Shown here: piece after piece, positions 1 to 9,895 of the stretch
How positions within the stretch are numbered: the first letter of the stretch is position 1
Layout of the letters: every line of letters starts with the position of its first letter
DNA from: Candidatus Abyssobacteria bacterium SURF_5
Lineage (GTDB): Bacteria > Abyssobacteria > SURF-5
Direction: 5' to 3'
Length of the DNA: 64,000 bases
Assembly: GCA_003598085.1 (NCBI GenBank)
Contig: QZKU01000145.1
Span: 9,123-73,122 of the forward strand
Program-made: the position numbers and the translations under genes
Notes under the pieces: model-generated
What the model saw: the letters and a program-made list of their open reading frames with translations, nothing else
The model's database searches: none
Told to the model about the DNA's origin: nothing

Positions 1-1034
1 CCGAAATCGATGCCGGGCGCGATCCCGACGCCGGCATTTTCGAGTACCTCAAAGGCAAACGCCAACGAATCCCGCGTGAATCGCCTCGCATTCGCCAACA
101 CATAGAATGCGCCGGTGGGCTCCTTCACCACCTTGAAACCAATTTCCCTGATTCGGCGGAGGATAAGCTTGCGGCGCTCATTGAAACATGCCACCATCCG
201 GTCGACGTCCGGCTGAGCCTCCTTCAGAGCCGCAACGCCCGCCCACTGAACAAACGTATTCGCAGCGATGAAGAAATTCTGCTGCATCTTCTGGATCAGT
301 CGCTGGTATTTCATGGGGGTGATGATATAACCGAGCCGCCAGCCGGTCATCGAGTACAATTTCGAGAAGCCGTTCAGAACAAATGCGTCATCCGTGTATT
401 CGAGCGCCGTGTGTTCTTTCCCCTTATAAACGAGGCCGTGGTATATCTCGTCGGAGACAACAACTGGCCCGACCGAAGCAAGCTGCCGGATCACCTCTCC
501 GTCCATTACATGGCCTGTCGGGTTGGCCGGCGAATTGAGAAGAACGGCTCTGGTTTTGGGACGGACCCGCCGGCGCACGAGTCCCGGCTCGAGCTCATAA
601 CCGGTCTCTTCTTTGACGTCGACGAAGGCGGGAGCGCCGCCAGCATACTTGATGAATTGCGGATAGCAGGCGTAATGGGGATTGGGGAGAATAACCTCAT
701 CGCGCTCTTGCAGGATGCAGGAAAGCACGAGCAGAAAGCCGGGAGACGTTCCCGAAGTGACGACGACGCGATCGGGAGAAATATCGACGCCATAGCGCGC
801 ACGATAGGATTCGCAGACTGCCTCACGCAGCGGCAGGATCCCCACGCTTGCCGAATAATGAGTCCTCTCGTCTCGCAAAGCTTTGACGGCGGCCTCTTTG
901 ATGCATTCCGGCGTCGGGAAATCCGGCTCGCCCACCTCAAGATGAATGATATGGCGTCCCTGTCGCTCGAGTTCCTGCGCGCGTTCGAGCACTTCCATCA
1001 CCAGGAACGGCGGAATATCTATAGGACGTTTCAT
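1..1034 (-). CDS. Class I/II (fold-type I) PLP aminotransferase, aspartate/aromatic-aminotransferase-like; 3' end runs off window start
   Basis: Minus-strand frame starts ATG at 1032-1034 (MKRPIDIPPFLVMEVLERAQE...). It continues NSPANPTG...NGFSKLYSMTGWRLGY, which carries the PLP-lysine SK motif, to position 1 with no stop. It is absent from the ORF track because it lacks an in-window stop. Confidence 0.8.
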   Translation of the reverse strand, partial: MKRPIDIPPFLVMEVLERAQELERQGRHIIHLEVGEPDFPTPECIKEAAVKALRDERTHYSASVGILPLREAVCESYRARYGVDISPDRVVVTSGTSPGFLLVLSCILQERDEVILPNPHYACYPQFIKYAGGAPAFVDVKEETGYELEPGLVRRRVRPKTRAVLLNSPANPTGHVMDGEVIRQLASVGPVVVSDEIYHGLVYKGKEHTALEYTDDAFVLNGFSKLYSMTGWRLGYIITPMKYQRLIQKMQQNFFIAANTFVQWAGVAALKEAQPDVDRMVACFNERRKLILRRIREIGFKVVKEPTGAFYVLANARRFTRDSLAFAFEVLENAGVGIAPGIDF

Positions 1035-1091
1035 GGAGTCACCGGAAAAACCGATTTCAGGGGAAGCGGGCACATCGCTACGGGTACGATA

Positions 1092-2021
1092 TTATACGAC
1101 CGAAAACGGCATCGGCACGAATGTCACGATGAAAATCACGGCCGCGGCCGCGCCAATCAGTTTTCGCCTGCCGTCAAGTGGAACATGGGGATGAGTCGGC
1201 GGGGGATGACGCAGACCGAACGCCATATTGAGCATGCCCCATATGGCCCAGCCGAACCAGCCGTAAATGCCCATCACCAGTAAAACGACAACGACTGCGA
1301 CCGAAATATGATAATGCCGCCTGCCAAACAATGCGTAGGAGATGTGGCCGCCGTCCATCATGCCAACCGGCAGCAGATTCATCATCGTCACCAGCAAGCC
1401 GATCCATCCGGCAAGCGCTATCGGATGCAGATTTATCGCGTAGCCGTCCGGTATCGAGGAAAAGAAAATGCCGGCGAGAACCTCCAGCAGAATCGACGAC
1501 CCAAAATTGATCCCGCCGGTGATATCCGGTACCGGATATGACAACTCGAACCCGATTACCAGCGCCGGAATCGAGAACAGGAACCCGATGATTGGGCCGG
1601 AGGCCCCGATATCCAGAAGCGCGCGCCGGTCTGGAACATTCGAGTTCACCTTGATTACCGCCCCAAAGGTACCGACGAAGGTTGGAGCGGGGATGAAATA
1701 CGGAAGAGTCGCATCGACGTTGTGGCGCCGCGACATGAGGTAATGGCCCAGCTCGTGTGAGAGCAAAATACCCATCAGAGTCAGCGAGAACGGGATCCCG
1801 CGGTAGAGCAGATGAGGATGAGTGACCGGATTGACTTCCGCAAGCATTGCGCCCGCAAAAATGGTGGTGAACAGCGTGGCGATAAACAGGATGATGTTCG
1901 TCGATATCTTTCGGCGCACCCGCGCCAGGGATGGGGCGTGCTCGTATCCATTAGCCGGACTAAAGACTTCCGGCTCTATCCCCCCAGCAGACTCTATACG
2001 CCCATTATCATTCATTTGCAA
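1092..2021 (-). CDS. Site-2 protease family (M50) membrane metalloprotease
   Basis: 309 aa. HExxH (HELGHY) and LLPVGMMDGGH (LDG motif) sit in a multi-TM hydrophobic protein. Confidence 0.85.
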   Translation of the reverse strand: MQMNDNGRIESAGGIEPEVFSPANGYEHAPSLARVRRKISTNIILFIATLFTTIFAGAMLAEVNPVTHPHLLYRGIPFSLTLMGILLSHELGHYLMSRRHNVDATLPYFIPAPTFVGTFGAVIKVNSNVPDRRALLDIGASGPIIGFLFSIPALVIGFELSYPVPDITGGINFGSSILLEVLAGIFFSSIPDGYAINLHPIALAGWIGLLVTMMNLLPVGMMDGGHISYALFGRRHYHISVAVVVVLLVMGIYGWFGWAIWGMLNMAFGLRHPPPTHPHVPLDGRRKLIGAAAAVIFIVTFVPMPFSVV

Positions 2022-2167
2022 AATTCCTTGCGACGAAGCATCTTTGAGCTAATTCTAGCATACAGGCGAGAAGGCCTGCAAGAACACCTCTGGAGGAAAC
2101 CGATGGGGACGTGAGCAACTCGCCCGGCCTGCGCCAATGAGAAGCTATGACCCAGCACCCTCGGCAC

Positions 2168-2200
2168 AAAAAAAGCAGGCCCGGCATTTTACCAGGCCTG
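2168..2200 (-). terminator. Intrinsic terminator-like hairpin on the minus strand (GCAGGCC-13 nt loop-GGCCTGC followed by T7 when read on minus strand)
   Basis: The plus strand reads AAAAAAA GCAGGCC cggcattttacca GGCCTGC. The reverse complement gives a stem followed by TTTTTTT. No minus-strand gene lies upstream of it in the window. Confidence 0.4.
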
Positions 2201-2665
2201 CGCCTGCTTGGGTCGGGCTGGTCAACGGCGGTCGGAGAGAGCCAGACCCTCTGGAAAAGAGACGCTGCGTCTTCGGCGATACAGGCGTAACGTCCTTCTT
2301 GAAATCGCAGTCGCGCAACATGCAAATTAGATGCCAGCTGACCGGAAATTGAATTGCATTGCATGGTGCGCTTATCGAGATGACCCATCATCGAACGGAT
2401 GCTCCGCGTTTTCGGGACAAATCTGCGCGAACGAGCACGCGTTTTTCCCTCAAAAAGTTTTGGGCGATCCAACATCCGCGGTCGAAGCTCCAACAGGAAT
2501 CCGGTCGACGCCCTTTTAGCTCCCTAAAAAGGACCGATATGGAGTTTTTTGAGAAAGAAGATATCCAGGCTCCGCCGCACACGATTGTCTTTCTTGACAA
2601 CAAACGCAAGCGCTTGATACGGTATTGCCGAATAGTTGGCGGCTTTATATAAAGGCATGTATTTT

Positions 2666-4189
2666 ATGGCATTAATGCTCGGACTGGATATTGGAACGAC
2701 CGGAGTCAAAGCGCTTGCGGTCAGGCCGGATGGCGCGGTCGCGTTCGAAAGTTTTTCCAGTTGCGAGATATCTTCTCCTCAACCGAAATGGGCCGAACAG
2801 AATCCGGAGGACTGGTGGCGGGCTTTTTGCCGATCCACAAGCCAGCTCTTGGCCGCGGGGCTGAAACCCGGTGAAATCGCCGCCGTGGGCCTGTCCGGCC
2901 AAATGCATTCGTCCGTATTTCTGGATTCACAACTGCGGGTGTTCCGGCCGGCCATCCTGTGGTGCGACGTTCGCACCACGCGGCAGTGCCGGGAGATAAC
3001 CGAGCGGGCCGGTCTCGATCTTTTGCGAAATGAGGCCTCAAATCCGGCGCTCGAGGGATTCACCGCACCCAAAGTCCTCTGGCTGCGAGAGCACGAACCG
3101 GCGCATTTTGAGCAACTGCAACACCTTCTCCTGGCAAAGGATTACATCCGTTTTCGCTTGACCGGCGAACTCGCGACTGATTTTTCCGATGCGGCCGGAA
3201 CACTATTGTTCGATGTGGGCGCGAGAAAATGGTCGCGTCGCATCCTGTCGGCGCTCAACCTTGATCCCGCCATCCTTCCACCCGTCATCGCTTCGCAACA
3301 GATTTCCGGCACAATCACGCATCACGCGGCGGAGGAGACCGGACTCCGCGCCGGAACCCCTGTTGTCGGCGGGGGCGCCGACAACGCGTGCGCCGCCGTC
3401 GGCGCAGGCATCGTCGAGGAGGGCGTAGCGCAGGCAAGCATCGGCTCCTCGGGGGTCTTCCTGGCAGCGTTGTCCTCTCATCGCGCGGACGAGCATATGC
3501 GGCTCCATTGCATGAATCACGCGGCCCCAGACATGTGGTACCTGATGGGGGTGATGCTGACGGCTGGCCTCTCGCTGAAATGGTTCAAGGAAGCTTTCTG
3601 CAACGAAGAAGCGGAGCAGGCGCGGCGCGAGGGCCGCGACGTCTATGATCTTCTTTCGGAATCAGCCGCTTCCGTGCCGGCAGGATCCGAAGGCCTGATC
3701 TTCCTGCCGTATCTCAACGGCGAGCGCACGCCGCATGCGGATTCGGGCGCGCGCGGCCTGCTGTGCGGCCTGACGCTCCGGCATCAGAAAGCCCACATGG
3801 TCCGGGCGATCATGGAGGGGATCGCGTTCGGCCTGCGCGACAGCCTGGAACTGGTGCGCCAACTCGGCATCGAGGTTCACGAGATCATCCTTGCAGGCGG
3901 TGGAGCGAAAAGCCCTCTGTGGCGCCAAATCCAGGCCGACGTGTTCGGGCAACCAGTCCGCACGCTCAAGGTGTCGGATGCCGCCCCCTTCGGAGCGGCG
4001 CTCTTGGCCGGGGTGGGCGCCGGCATCTTCGCGGATTGCGCGCAGGCGACGCTGGCCACTGTCCGAAAAGCCGAACAGGTCGCCCCTGTCCCTGAGCATG
4101 TGCGCGTATATAATGATCATTATCCCCTATATAAGAAACTCTATGCCCTAAACCGGGACGTTTTCCACCGCCTCGGGACCATGACGTAG
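2666..4189 (+). CDS. FGGY-family carbohydrate kinase, xylulokinase-like
   Basis: MALMLGLDIGTTGVKA is the N-terminal ATPase motif of FGGY kinases. Length is about 510 aa. The ORF track starts at 2636; an internal ATG at 2666 or 2675 is more likely, with a TTGCCG-17-TATAAA promoter-like element at 2624-2652. Confidence 0.8.
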   Translation: MALMLGLDIGTTGVKALAVRPDGAVAFESFSSCEISSPQPKWAEQNPEDWWRAFCRSTSQLLAAGLKPGEIAAVGLSGQMHSSVFLDSQLRVFRPAILWCDVRTTRQCREITERAGLDLLRNEASNPALEGFTAPKVLWLREHEPAHFEQLQHLLLAKDYIRFRLTGELATDFSDAAGTLLFDVGARKWSRRILSALNLDPAILPPVIASQQISGTITHHAAEETGLRAGTPVVGGGADNACAAVGAGIVEEGVAQASIGSSGVFLAALSSHRADEHMRLHCMNHAAPDMWYLMGVMLTAGLSLKWFKEAFCNEEAEQARREGRDVYDLLSESAASVPAGSEGLIFLPYLNGERTPHADSGARGLLCGLTLRHQKAHMVRAIMEGIAFGLRDSLELVRQLGIEVHEIILAGGGAKSPLWRQIQADVFGQPVRTLKVSDAAPFGAALLAGVGAGIFADCAQATLATVRKAEQVAPVPEHVRVYNDHYPLYKKLYALNRDVFHRLGTMT

Positions 4190-4313
4190 GGCGCGGCCAC
4201 GAAATTTTCTTCCGGTTCTAAGACCCCAAGCACTCGCCCTTGTCTAATTGAATAATTCACCGGCGACAAACCCGAATTTGCGTGTTATATTTAAAGATAA
4301 AAGGGAGAAGGCT

Positions 4314-4349
4314 CTGTCCGACCTGTCCGACGCGTCCGATCTGTCCGAC
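4314..4349. repeat. Four tandem 9-bp direct repeats CTGTCCGAC / CTGTCCGAC / GCGTCCGAT / CTGTCCGAC in the intergenic region upstream of the HMGL-family gene
   Basis: Read directly from the sequence. A partial inverted copy CCGGACA lies at 4389-4395. The array sits about 75-110 bp upstream of an extended -10 element. Confidence 0.75.
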
Positions 4350-4421
4350 AAGTCACCGGCTCATTGGCAGTTGTTTTATGCCCCCAAACCGGACAAAAAA
4401 GCTCTTATTTGGCGGCCGTTA

Positions 4422-4430
4422 TGATATAAT
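4422..4430 (+). promoter_or_regulatory. Extended -10 promoter element TGATATAAT
   Basis: TGnTATAAT at 4422-4430, about 75 nt upstream of the ATG at 4505. A GGGAG ribosome-binding site precedes that ATG. Confidence 0.35.
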
Positions 4431-4504
4431 GAAGCACATGCTCTACAGCAAAAAGCGTATCTAATACGTATGTGGGCCCCTCGGGAAGGCGGGAGTGAAA
4501 GAAG

Positions 4505-5896
4505 ATGCCGAAGAAAAGAAGATTAAAGCTGAGCAAAAAAACGTATGTACTTGAGCAGGACTATTATCATTATGAGCTGCGCGATGTGACGGAGCCGAAT
4601 CTTCATCGCACCATTTTCTCTTATGAAGATATTCCGAAAATCCCTTTTAATCACCGGCACGTTCCCATAGCAATGCCGAATGAAATCTGGATAACGGATA
4701 CCACCTTCCGCGACGGACAACAAGCGCGGCCGCCGTACACGGTCGAGCAGATCGTTCAGCTTTACAAGTTTCTTCACCGCCTGGGCGGCGCCAAGGGGAA
4801 AATCCGGCAGACCGAGTTTTTCCTTTATACGGAGAAGGACCGCGAGGCCGTCCGCAGATGTCAGGAGCTTGATTACAAGTTTCCGGAGATAACCGGCTGG
4901 ATTCGCGCAAACCGCAAAGATCTTGAACTTGTGAGAGAGATGGGCCTGAAAGAGACCGGCATCCTCACGTCCTGCTCGGATTACCACATTTTTCTCAAGC
5001 TCCACAAAACGCGGAAACAGGCGCTCGAGGATTATCTGGACGTCGTCAAGGCCACGCTCGACATGGGGATAATCCCGCGCTGCCATTTCGAGGATGCCAC
5101 GCGCGCCGATTTCCTGGGGTTCGTGATCCCGTTTGCGCAGGAATTGATGAAGCTGTCGAAGCAGTACGGCATTCCGGTCAAGATCCGCATCTGCGACACG
5201 ATGGGCTACGGCGTTCCCTACGACGGAGTATCGACGCCGCGCGGGGTTCAGCAGATTCTGTACAACATGCTCAACTACGGCGGAATCCCGAGCGAGTATC
5301 TGGAGTGGCACGGTCACAACGATTTCCACAAGGTGCTCATCAACGCATCGACTGCCTGGCTATATGGCTGTGCCGCCGCTAATGGAACTCTGCTTGGGAT
5401 TGGCGAACGCACGGGGAATCCGCCGCTCGAGGCGCTGGTGCTCGAGTATGCGGCGCTTCGCGGCGACCTCGACGGCATGCACACACCGGTGATCACCGAG
5501 ATCGGCCATTATTATCGTTCCGAACTTGGCTACAATATTCCGGCGAATTTCCCATTTGTCGGGGCCGAATTCAATACCACGCGCGCGGGCATCCACGCCG
5601 ACGGCGCCCTCAAGAACGAGGAAATATACAACATTTTCAATACCGAGAAGTTTCTGCACCGTCCGCTCGTCGTCGCGATCAACGACAAGAGCGGGCTCGC
5701 CGGCGTCGCGTTCTGGGTCAACTCGATGCTCGATCTGAAGGGTGATAAACGGCTCGACAAACAGGATGAGGGTGTGAAGAAACTCTACGATTGGGTGATG
5801 GCGCAGTATGAGAACGGTCGCACCACCGAAATCTCCAGCGACGAAATGCTGCACGCCGCCCAGCAAATCATGCCCAAAAGGTTCAGGAAGTTCTGA
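4505..5896 (+). CDS. HMGL-like (DRE-TIM metallolyase) synthase of the homocitrate / 2-isopropylmalate / Re-citrate synthase family
   Basis: ITDTTFRDGQQ motif and EWHGHNDF (HxH metal site). Length is 463 aa. Assignment within the family (possibly Re-citrate synthase, as described in Clostridium kluyveri and Syntrophus) is inference. Confidence 0.75.
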   Translation: MPKKRRLKLSKKTYVLEQDYYHYELRDVTEPNLHRTIFSYEDIPKIPFNHRHVPIAMPNEIWITDTTFRDGQQARPPYTVEQIVQLYKFLHRLGGAKGKIRQTEFFLYTEKDREAVRRCQELDYKFPEITGWIRANRKDLELVREMGLKETGILTSCSDYHIFLKLHKTRKQALEDYLDVVKATLDMGIIPRCHFEDATRADFLGFVIPFAQELMKLSKQYGIPVKIRICDTMGYGVPYDGVSTPRGVQQILYNMLNYGGIPSEYLEWHGHNDFHKVLINASTAWLYGCAAANGTLLGIGERTGNPPLEALVLEYAALRGDLDGMHTPVITEIGHYYRSELGYNIPANFPFVGAEFNTTRAGIHADGALKNEEIYNIFNTEKFLHRPLVVAINDKSGLAGVAFWVNSMLDLKGDKRLDKQDEGVKKLYDWVMAQYENGRTTEISSDEMLHAAQQIMPKRFRKF

Positions 5897-5932
5897 GTCT
5901 CGCGCTTTTCAATTGAACTGGCAGAGAAGTTC

Positions 5933-6688
5933 TCATCCCTCCTGGCCGGCTTTCAGATACTTCAACTGGAATTTGCCGTCGACATATTCGAGGTACGAGA
6001 ACTGTTCCTGCATGTCGCCGACGTTGAAGTAGCGCCTGGCTTTTCCATCGATCGAGATGGTTTCGTCGTGCGGCATGTGCGAATGGCCGGCGATCACGAT
6101 ATCAAATCCTTCCTCAAGCTTCCGGCGCGCATATTGCTGAATGCCCTCATCCTCTCGCAGTTTGCCCGCAACCGACGTGCTTTGCCGGCTGAACCGCGAA
6201 AACCGCTTCGCAATCCGCAGCAGCAAGTCCGGGTGGACCCAGCGTACGAACCACAGGATCGCCCGATTTCTTATGATTGCCTTCAGCACCAAGTAGCCGC
6301 GGTCGTATTCGTTAAGGCCGTCGCCGTGACAAATAAAAATGCGCCGCCCGTCCAACTCGATCTCTATCGGCGCATAATGTATCTTCATGCCGATGGTGTT
6401 TCTGAGAAAGTCGCCCGCCCAGTAGTCGTGGTTGCCGACGATCAGATGAACCTCGATTCCGCTCTTGACCGCTCCCGAAAGCGCAGTGAGGAAATGGAAA
6501 TAGCGAGACAGAATGACCGACTCGTACTCGAACCAAAAATCGAAGAGGTCGCCGAGAATATAAAGCGTGGACACCCCCCTCTGGGGCATCCGATCGATGA
6601 AATCCGACAGCACCCTGCCTTTCAACTCCTCGTTTGTGCCGGAGCCCAGGTGTGCGTCACAGAGAAATAGAATCTTTTTTCCTCTCAT
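5933..6688 (-). CDS. lpxH: UDP-2,3-diacylglucosamine hydrolase (calcineurin-like phosphoesterase)
   Basis: MRGKKILFLCDAHLG...LGDLFDFW...GNHDYW...ICHGD...AGHSHMP are metallophosphoesterase motifs typical of LpxH, at the expected length of about 250 aa. Confidence 0.75.
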   Translation of the reverse strand: MRGKKILFLCDAHLGSGTNEELKGRVLSDFIDRMPQRGVSTLYILGDLFDFWFEYESVILSRYFHFLTALSGAVKSGIEVHLIVGNHDYWAGDFLRNTIGMKIHYAPIEIELDGRRIFICHGDGLNEYDRGYLVLKAIIRNRAILWFVRWVHPDLLLRIAKRFSRFSRQSTSVAGKLREDEGIQQYARRKLEEGFDIVIAGHSHMPHDETISIDGKARRYFNVGDMQEQFSYLEYVDGKFQLKYLKAGQEG

Positions 6689-6712
6689 GTCTCCCACAGG
6701 TTACCATGCATG

Positions 6713-9700
6713 TTACTTCGTTTCCTCAAGCTCCTTCATCATCTCGACGAACACGCGATGCGACCGCTGGACGTGCAAGTGCAGCGTATCCAGGAGCATT
6801 TCGGCCGGGTCCCGGTCGGCCGCGGCCCGAATCCCTAGTCGAAGCGCCAGCTTGTTCAGCGCGTCCACCTCCGCCGGCAGCTCCTTGAGCGGGCGGTCGT
6901 GCATCAGGCGCAAGCGGTTCTCGATGCGCCGGAGAAAAACCAGGCCGGCGATCAGGTCATCGTGTGCTTGCCGCGGGATCCTGCCGGTGCGGGCGAGCCG
7001 ATCGAGCGCCTCGAGCGTATTCGGCGTCCGCAGTTCCGGCAGACCGTCCCCATATTTGATCTGCAAGAGCTGAACGAGAAACTCGATTTCGATGATGCCG
7101 CCTTCTGCATTTTTTATTTGTACGCCCTCGTGCTCCTCTGTTCGCGCGTTCGCGAAGATCTTCGACAGCATTTGGGCGGCATCTCTCACAACATCCGCCG
7201 AAAAGAAACCAGGCTGATAGATGAGCGCTTGCACAAATTCCTTCAGGCGCTCGCCAAGGTGCGCATCGCCGGCCACCGGACGCAATTTTGTCATGGCCCT
7301 CTTTTCCCAGAGGGCGCTCTTTCGGCGATGGTATTCCATGAAAGCATCGGCCGAAACAGCCAGCAGTCCCTGCTCGCCATCAGGTCTCAGCCGCGCATCC
7401 AGTTTATATAGATAGCCATAGGGATTCACTTCCGCCATCCTTTTCATTATACGCGCGGCCAGCGCATTAAAGAACTGCTGATTCGATATGGCGTCGGCAG
7501 TACCACCGCCAGTACCGCCGTCAGCCGAATAGACGAAAATAATATCAAGATCGGACGCATAGTTTATCTCGCCGCCGCCCAGCTTGCCTAATCCGAGAAT
7601 CGCCAGCGTGGCAGGGCGGTTATCATCCGCTCGCGGCTGGCCGAAACGCGCCAACTCCTCCGCAAGACATTGCCGATAGACGCGTTCGAGCATGACTTCG
7701 GCGACCGAGGACAGCTCTCGGATCACCTCGGCGATATCCGCCAGCCCGAGAATATCGCGTAATCCGATCCGCAAAATTTCACCGTTCTTGAATCGCTGGA
7801 TCGATTCGTAGAAGTTGGGGTTGATCTCCAGAAATTTTCCCAAGGCCCTGTCGATCAGCTCGCGCGAACTTTCTTCTTCCAGAATTCTCGTGCTCATGAG
7901 GAAATCGAGCACGCCGGGATCATTCACGAACAATCGGATGAGATAATCGCTATACGATGCAAGCGCCACGAACAATTCGATGGATTTCGGGCTGGTCGAG
8001 AGTACTTCATACAGATTCGACGGCGCCCCCATCGCCGTTATGCATTGCTGGAGATTGGTGAGTCCCATGTCGGGATCAGGCGATTGCGACAGATACTGGA
8101 TCAAAAGGGGGGCGATACTCGAGAAGAAGGTGCGCGCGCGGGAGGTGTATGGCGATTGCGGCGGGCCATCCGCAAGAAATCGCAGATTGACATATGCGAC
8201 GGACGGATTGCGAAATCCATAGCGGGAAAGCGCGCTCCGAATTTCCTCCTGGTCAGGCTCGGGATTCATCATCAGATCGACCACAGGCGAGACATGTTCA
8301 TCCGCTGAGAACAGCTTGCTGAAGAACTTGTTGAAAAGCTCGCGCACGCGGCCTGTCTGCCGCCGGTGTTCGTCGGCCAGCGCCTCGCCTGCCGATTTTG
8401 CCGGTTGATCCCGATACCCGAGGCTGCGTGCTATCACCTGAAGGGATTCGGCATCCGTTGGCAAAACGTGCAATTGCCGGTTCTGCATGATTTGCAGCCG
8501 ATTCTCAAGCCGGCGCAAGAACTTGTAGGCATCCACGAGAGAGGAGAACTCGGCGGACGTCAGGTACCCGATCTGTTCCAGTTTTCTGAGAACCGTCAGC
8601 GTATTAACACCCCGCAGCTGTTCGTTCTTCCCGCCGTGCAACAATTGGAGGAACTGAACAATGAACTCGATATCCCGGATCCCGCCTCGCCCGAGTTTTA
8701 CCTCGGTCAGCGTCCGGCCGTGCTTGTCAACCTCGATCTCGCTCCGGCGCTTGAGATTCTGAATCTCGCGAATCCCGCGGTGGTCGAGGTATTTTGGATA
8801 TACAAAAGGCCTGATCTCCGTGAGGAAGGCCTGCGCGAGCGCCAGGTCTCCCGCCACCGGCCGCGTCTTCAGGAGGGCCTGCCGCTCCCACGTCTCCCCG
8901 AAAATCTCATAATAATTCAGATGGCTTTCGAGCGAACTCACCAGCGGTCCTTTGCTTCCCATCGGGCGCAGGCGCATGTCCACTCGATACAGATGGCCCC
9001 GATCGGTCACGCGCGACAGCAAGTCGATGCACTTCTCGGCCACCTTCGAGAAGAACTGATGATTGGAAATCGGCTCGATCCGTTGATCAGGCGCCCCGGC
9101 GCGGGTCTCGCCTTCGTTCGAATACATGAACATCAGATCGATGTCGGAACTATAATTCAATTCCTCGCCGCCGAGTTTTCCGAAGGCCAGTACGACGGCA
9201 GCAGCACGGCGGTTTGTTTCATTTTCTCCAGGAATTCCGTGCCGCCGCAACACTTCCGACTGCGCGCTCTCGAAGGCAGCCTCGATACAGATATCCGCGA
9301 GAGCGGTCGTTTCTTTCAAGATTGCCTCGACATCCACTTTTCCGCATATGTCTCGCGCCCCGATGTGGAGCATCTGTCGCTGGTTGAATTCGCGCAGCAC
9401 ATCCAGTTTCCCAAGATAATCGGGCGCATCCTCGAGGCGCTCGGATAATTCCGATCGCAAACTTTCACGATCTGCGGGCGTATCTGCGAAATCGTCCGAA
9501 AGAATGCTCAGAAAAAGATGCGGCTGGCGAATCAGAATATCGGAGAGGTATTGACTCGCGCCGAGAATTTTGAGCAGGACGCCCAGCACCCGCGGTTTTG
9601 CCGCCAGATAATTGAAATGCGATTCCCGGTCGCGGATTACCTCCACAAGGCGCTCCCAGTTGTTCAACGCCATATCCGGATCGGCCGCTGAACTCAGCTC

Positions 9701-9895
9701 CTGCAGAACATCCGGCAGAATCCGGCAGAACAACTCGTAGCCGGGACCGTGGCCAGCCAAGAGCTTCAAATTCTTATCCGCCGTAACCGGATCGCGAATA
9801 CCGGCGCCGGTCAGAACGCGGCGGACGGAGTCGAACGGAATCTTTTCAGTGAAGAAGATTTCCGCAAGTCGCTCGTGCTCTTGCAAATGAGACAA
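6713..9895 (-). CDS. glnE: Bifunctional glutamine synthetase adenylyltransferase/adenylyl-removing enzyme
   Basis: 1060 aa with two nucleotidyltransferase halves (GKLGGEELNYSSDIDLMF and GLGKLGGGEINYASDLDIIFVY). This is the GlnE architecture. Confidence 0.9.
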   Translation of the reverse strand: MSHLQEHERLAEIFFTEKIPFDSVRRVLTGAGIRDPVTADKNLKLLAGHGPGYELFCRILPDVLQELSSAADPDMALNNWERLVEVIRDRESHFNYLAAKPRVLGVLLKILGASQYLSDILIRQPHLFLSILSDDFADTPADRESLRSELSERLEDAPDYLGKLDVLREFNQRQMLHIGARDICGKVDVEAILKETTALADICIEAAFESAQSEVLRRHGIPGENETNRRAAAVVLAFGKLGGEELNYSSDIDLMFMYSNEGETRAGAPDQRIEPISNHQFFSKVAEKCIDLLSRVTDRGHLYRVDMRLRPMGSKGPLVSSLESHLNYYEIFGETWERQALLKTRPVAGDLALAQAFLTEIRPFVYPKYLDHRGIREIQNLKRRSEIEVDKHGRTLTEVKLGRGGIRDIEFIVQFLQLLHGGKNEQLRGVNTLTVLRKLEQIGYLTSAEFSSLVDAYKFLRRLENRLQIMQNRQLHVLPTDAESLQVIARSLGYRDQPAKSAGEALADEHRRQTGRVRELFNKFFSKLFSADEHVSPVVDLMMNPEPDQEEIRSALSRYGFRNPSVAYVNLRFLADGPPQSPYTSRARTFFSSIAPLLIQYLSQSPDPDMGLTNLQQCITAMGAPSNLYEVLSTSPKSIELFVALASYSDYLIRLFVNDPGVLDFLMSTRILEEESSRELIDRALGKFLEINPNFYESIQRFKNGEILRIGLRDILGLADIAEVIRELSSVAEVMLERVYRQCLAEELARFGQPRADDNRPATLAILGLGKLGGGEINYASDLDIIFVYSADGGTGGGTADAISNQQFFNALAARIMKRMAEVNPYGYLYKLDARLRPDGEQGLLAVSADAFMEYHRRKSALWEKRAMTKLRPVAGDAHLGERLKEFVQALIYQPGFFSADVVRDAAQMLSKIFANARTEEHEGVQIKNAEGGIIEIEFLVQLLQIKYGDGLPELRTPNTLEALDRLARTGRIPRQAHDDLIAGLVFLRRIENRLRLMHDRPLKELPAEVDALNKLALRLGIRAAADRDPAEMLLDTLHLHVQRSHRVFVEMMKELEETK

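Noticed and set aside
411-1283. 290-aa plus-strand ORF from the six-frame track
   Set aside because: It is antisense to the clearly homologous aminotransferase and site-2 protease genes. It is a high-GC reading-frame artefact with no recognisable motifs.
4311-4350. Possible CRISPR array at the 9-bp tandem repeats
   Set aside because: The repeat unit is only 9 bp with no spacers. There are four contiguous copies and no cas genes.
8366-9448. 360-aa plus-strand ORF inside glnE
   Set aside because: It is antisense to a full-length, motif-rich GlnE. The same reasoning removes other long antisense ORFs: 23300-25213, 26510-27748, 27854-28825, 37095-38015, 38163-39437, 41813-43786, 45956-47959, 48961-50256 and 59898-60872.
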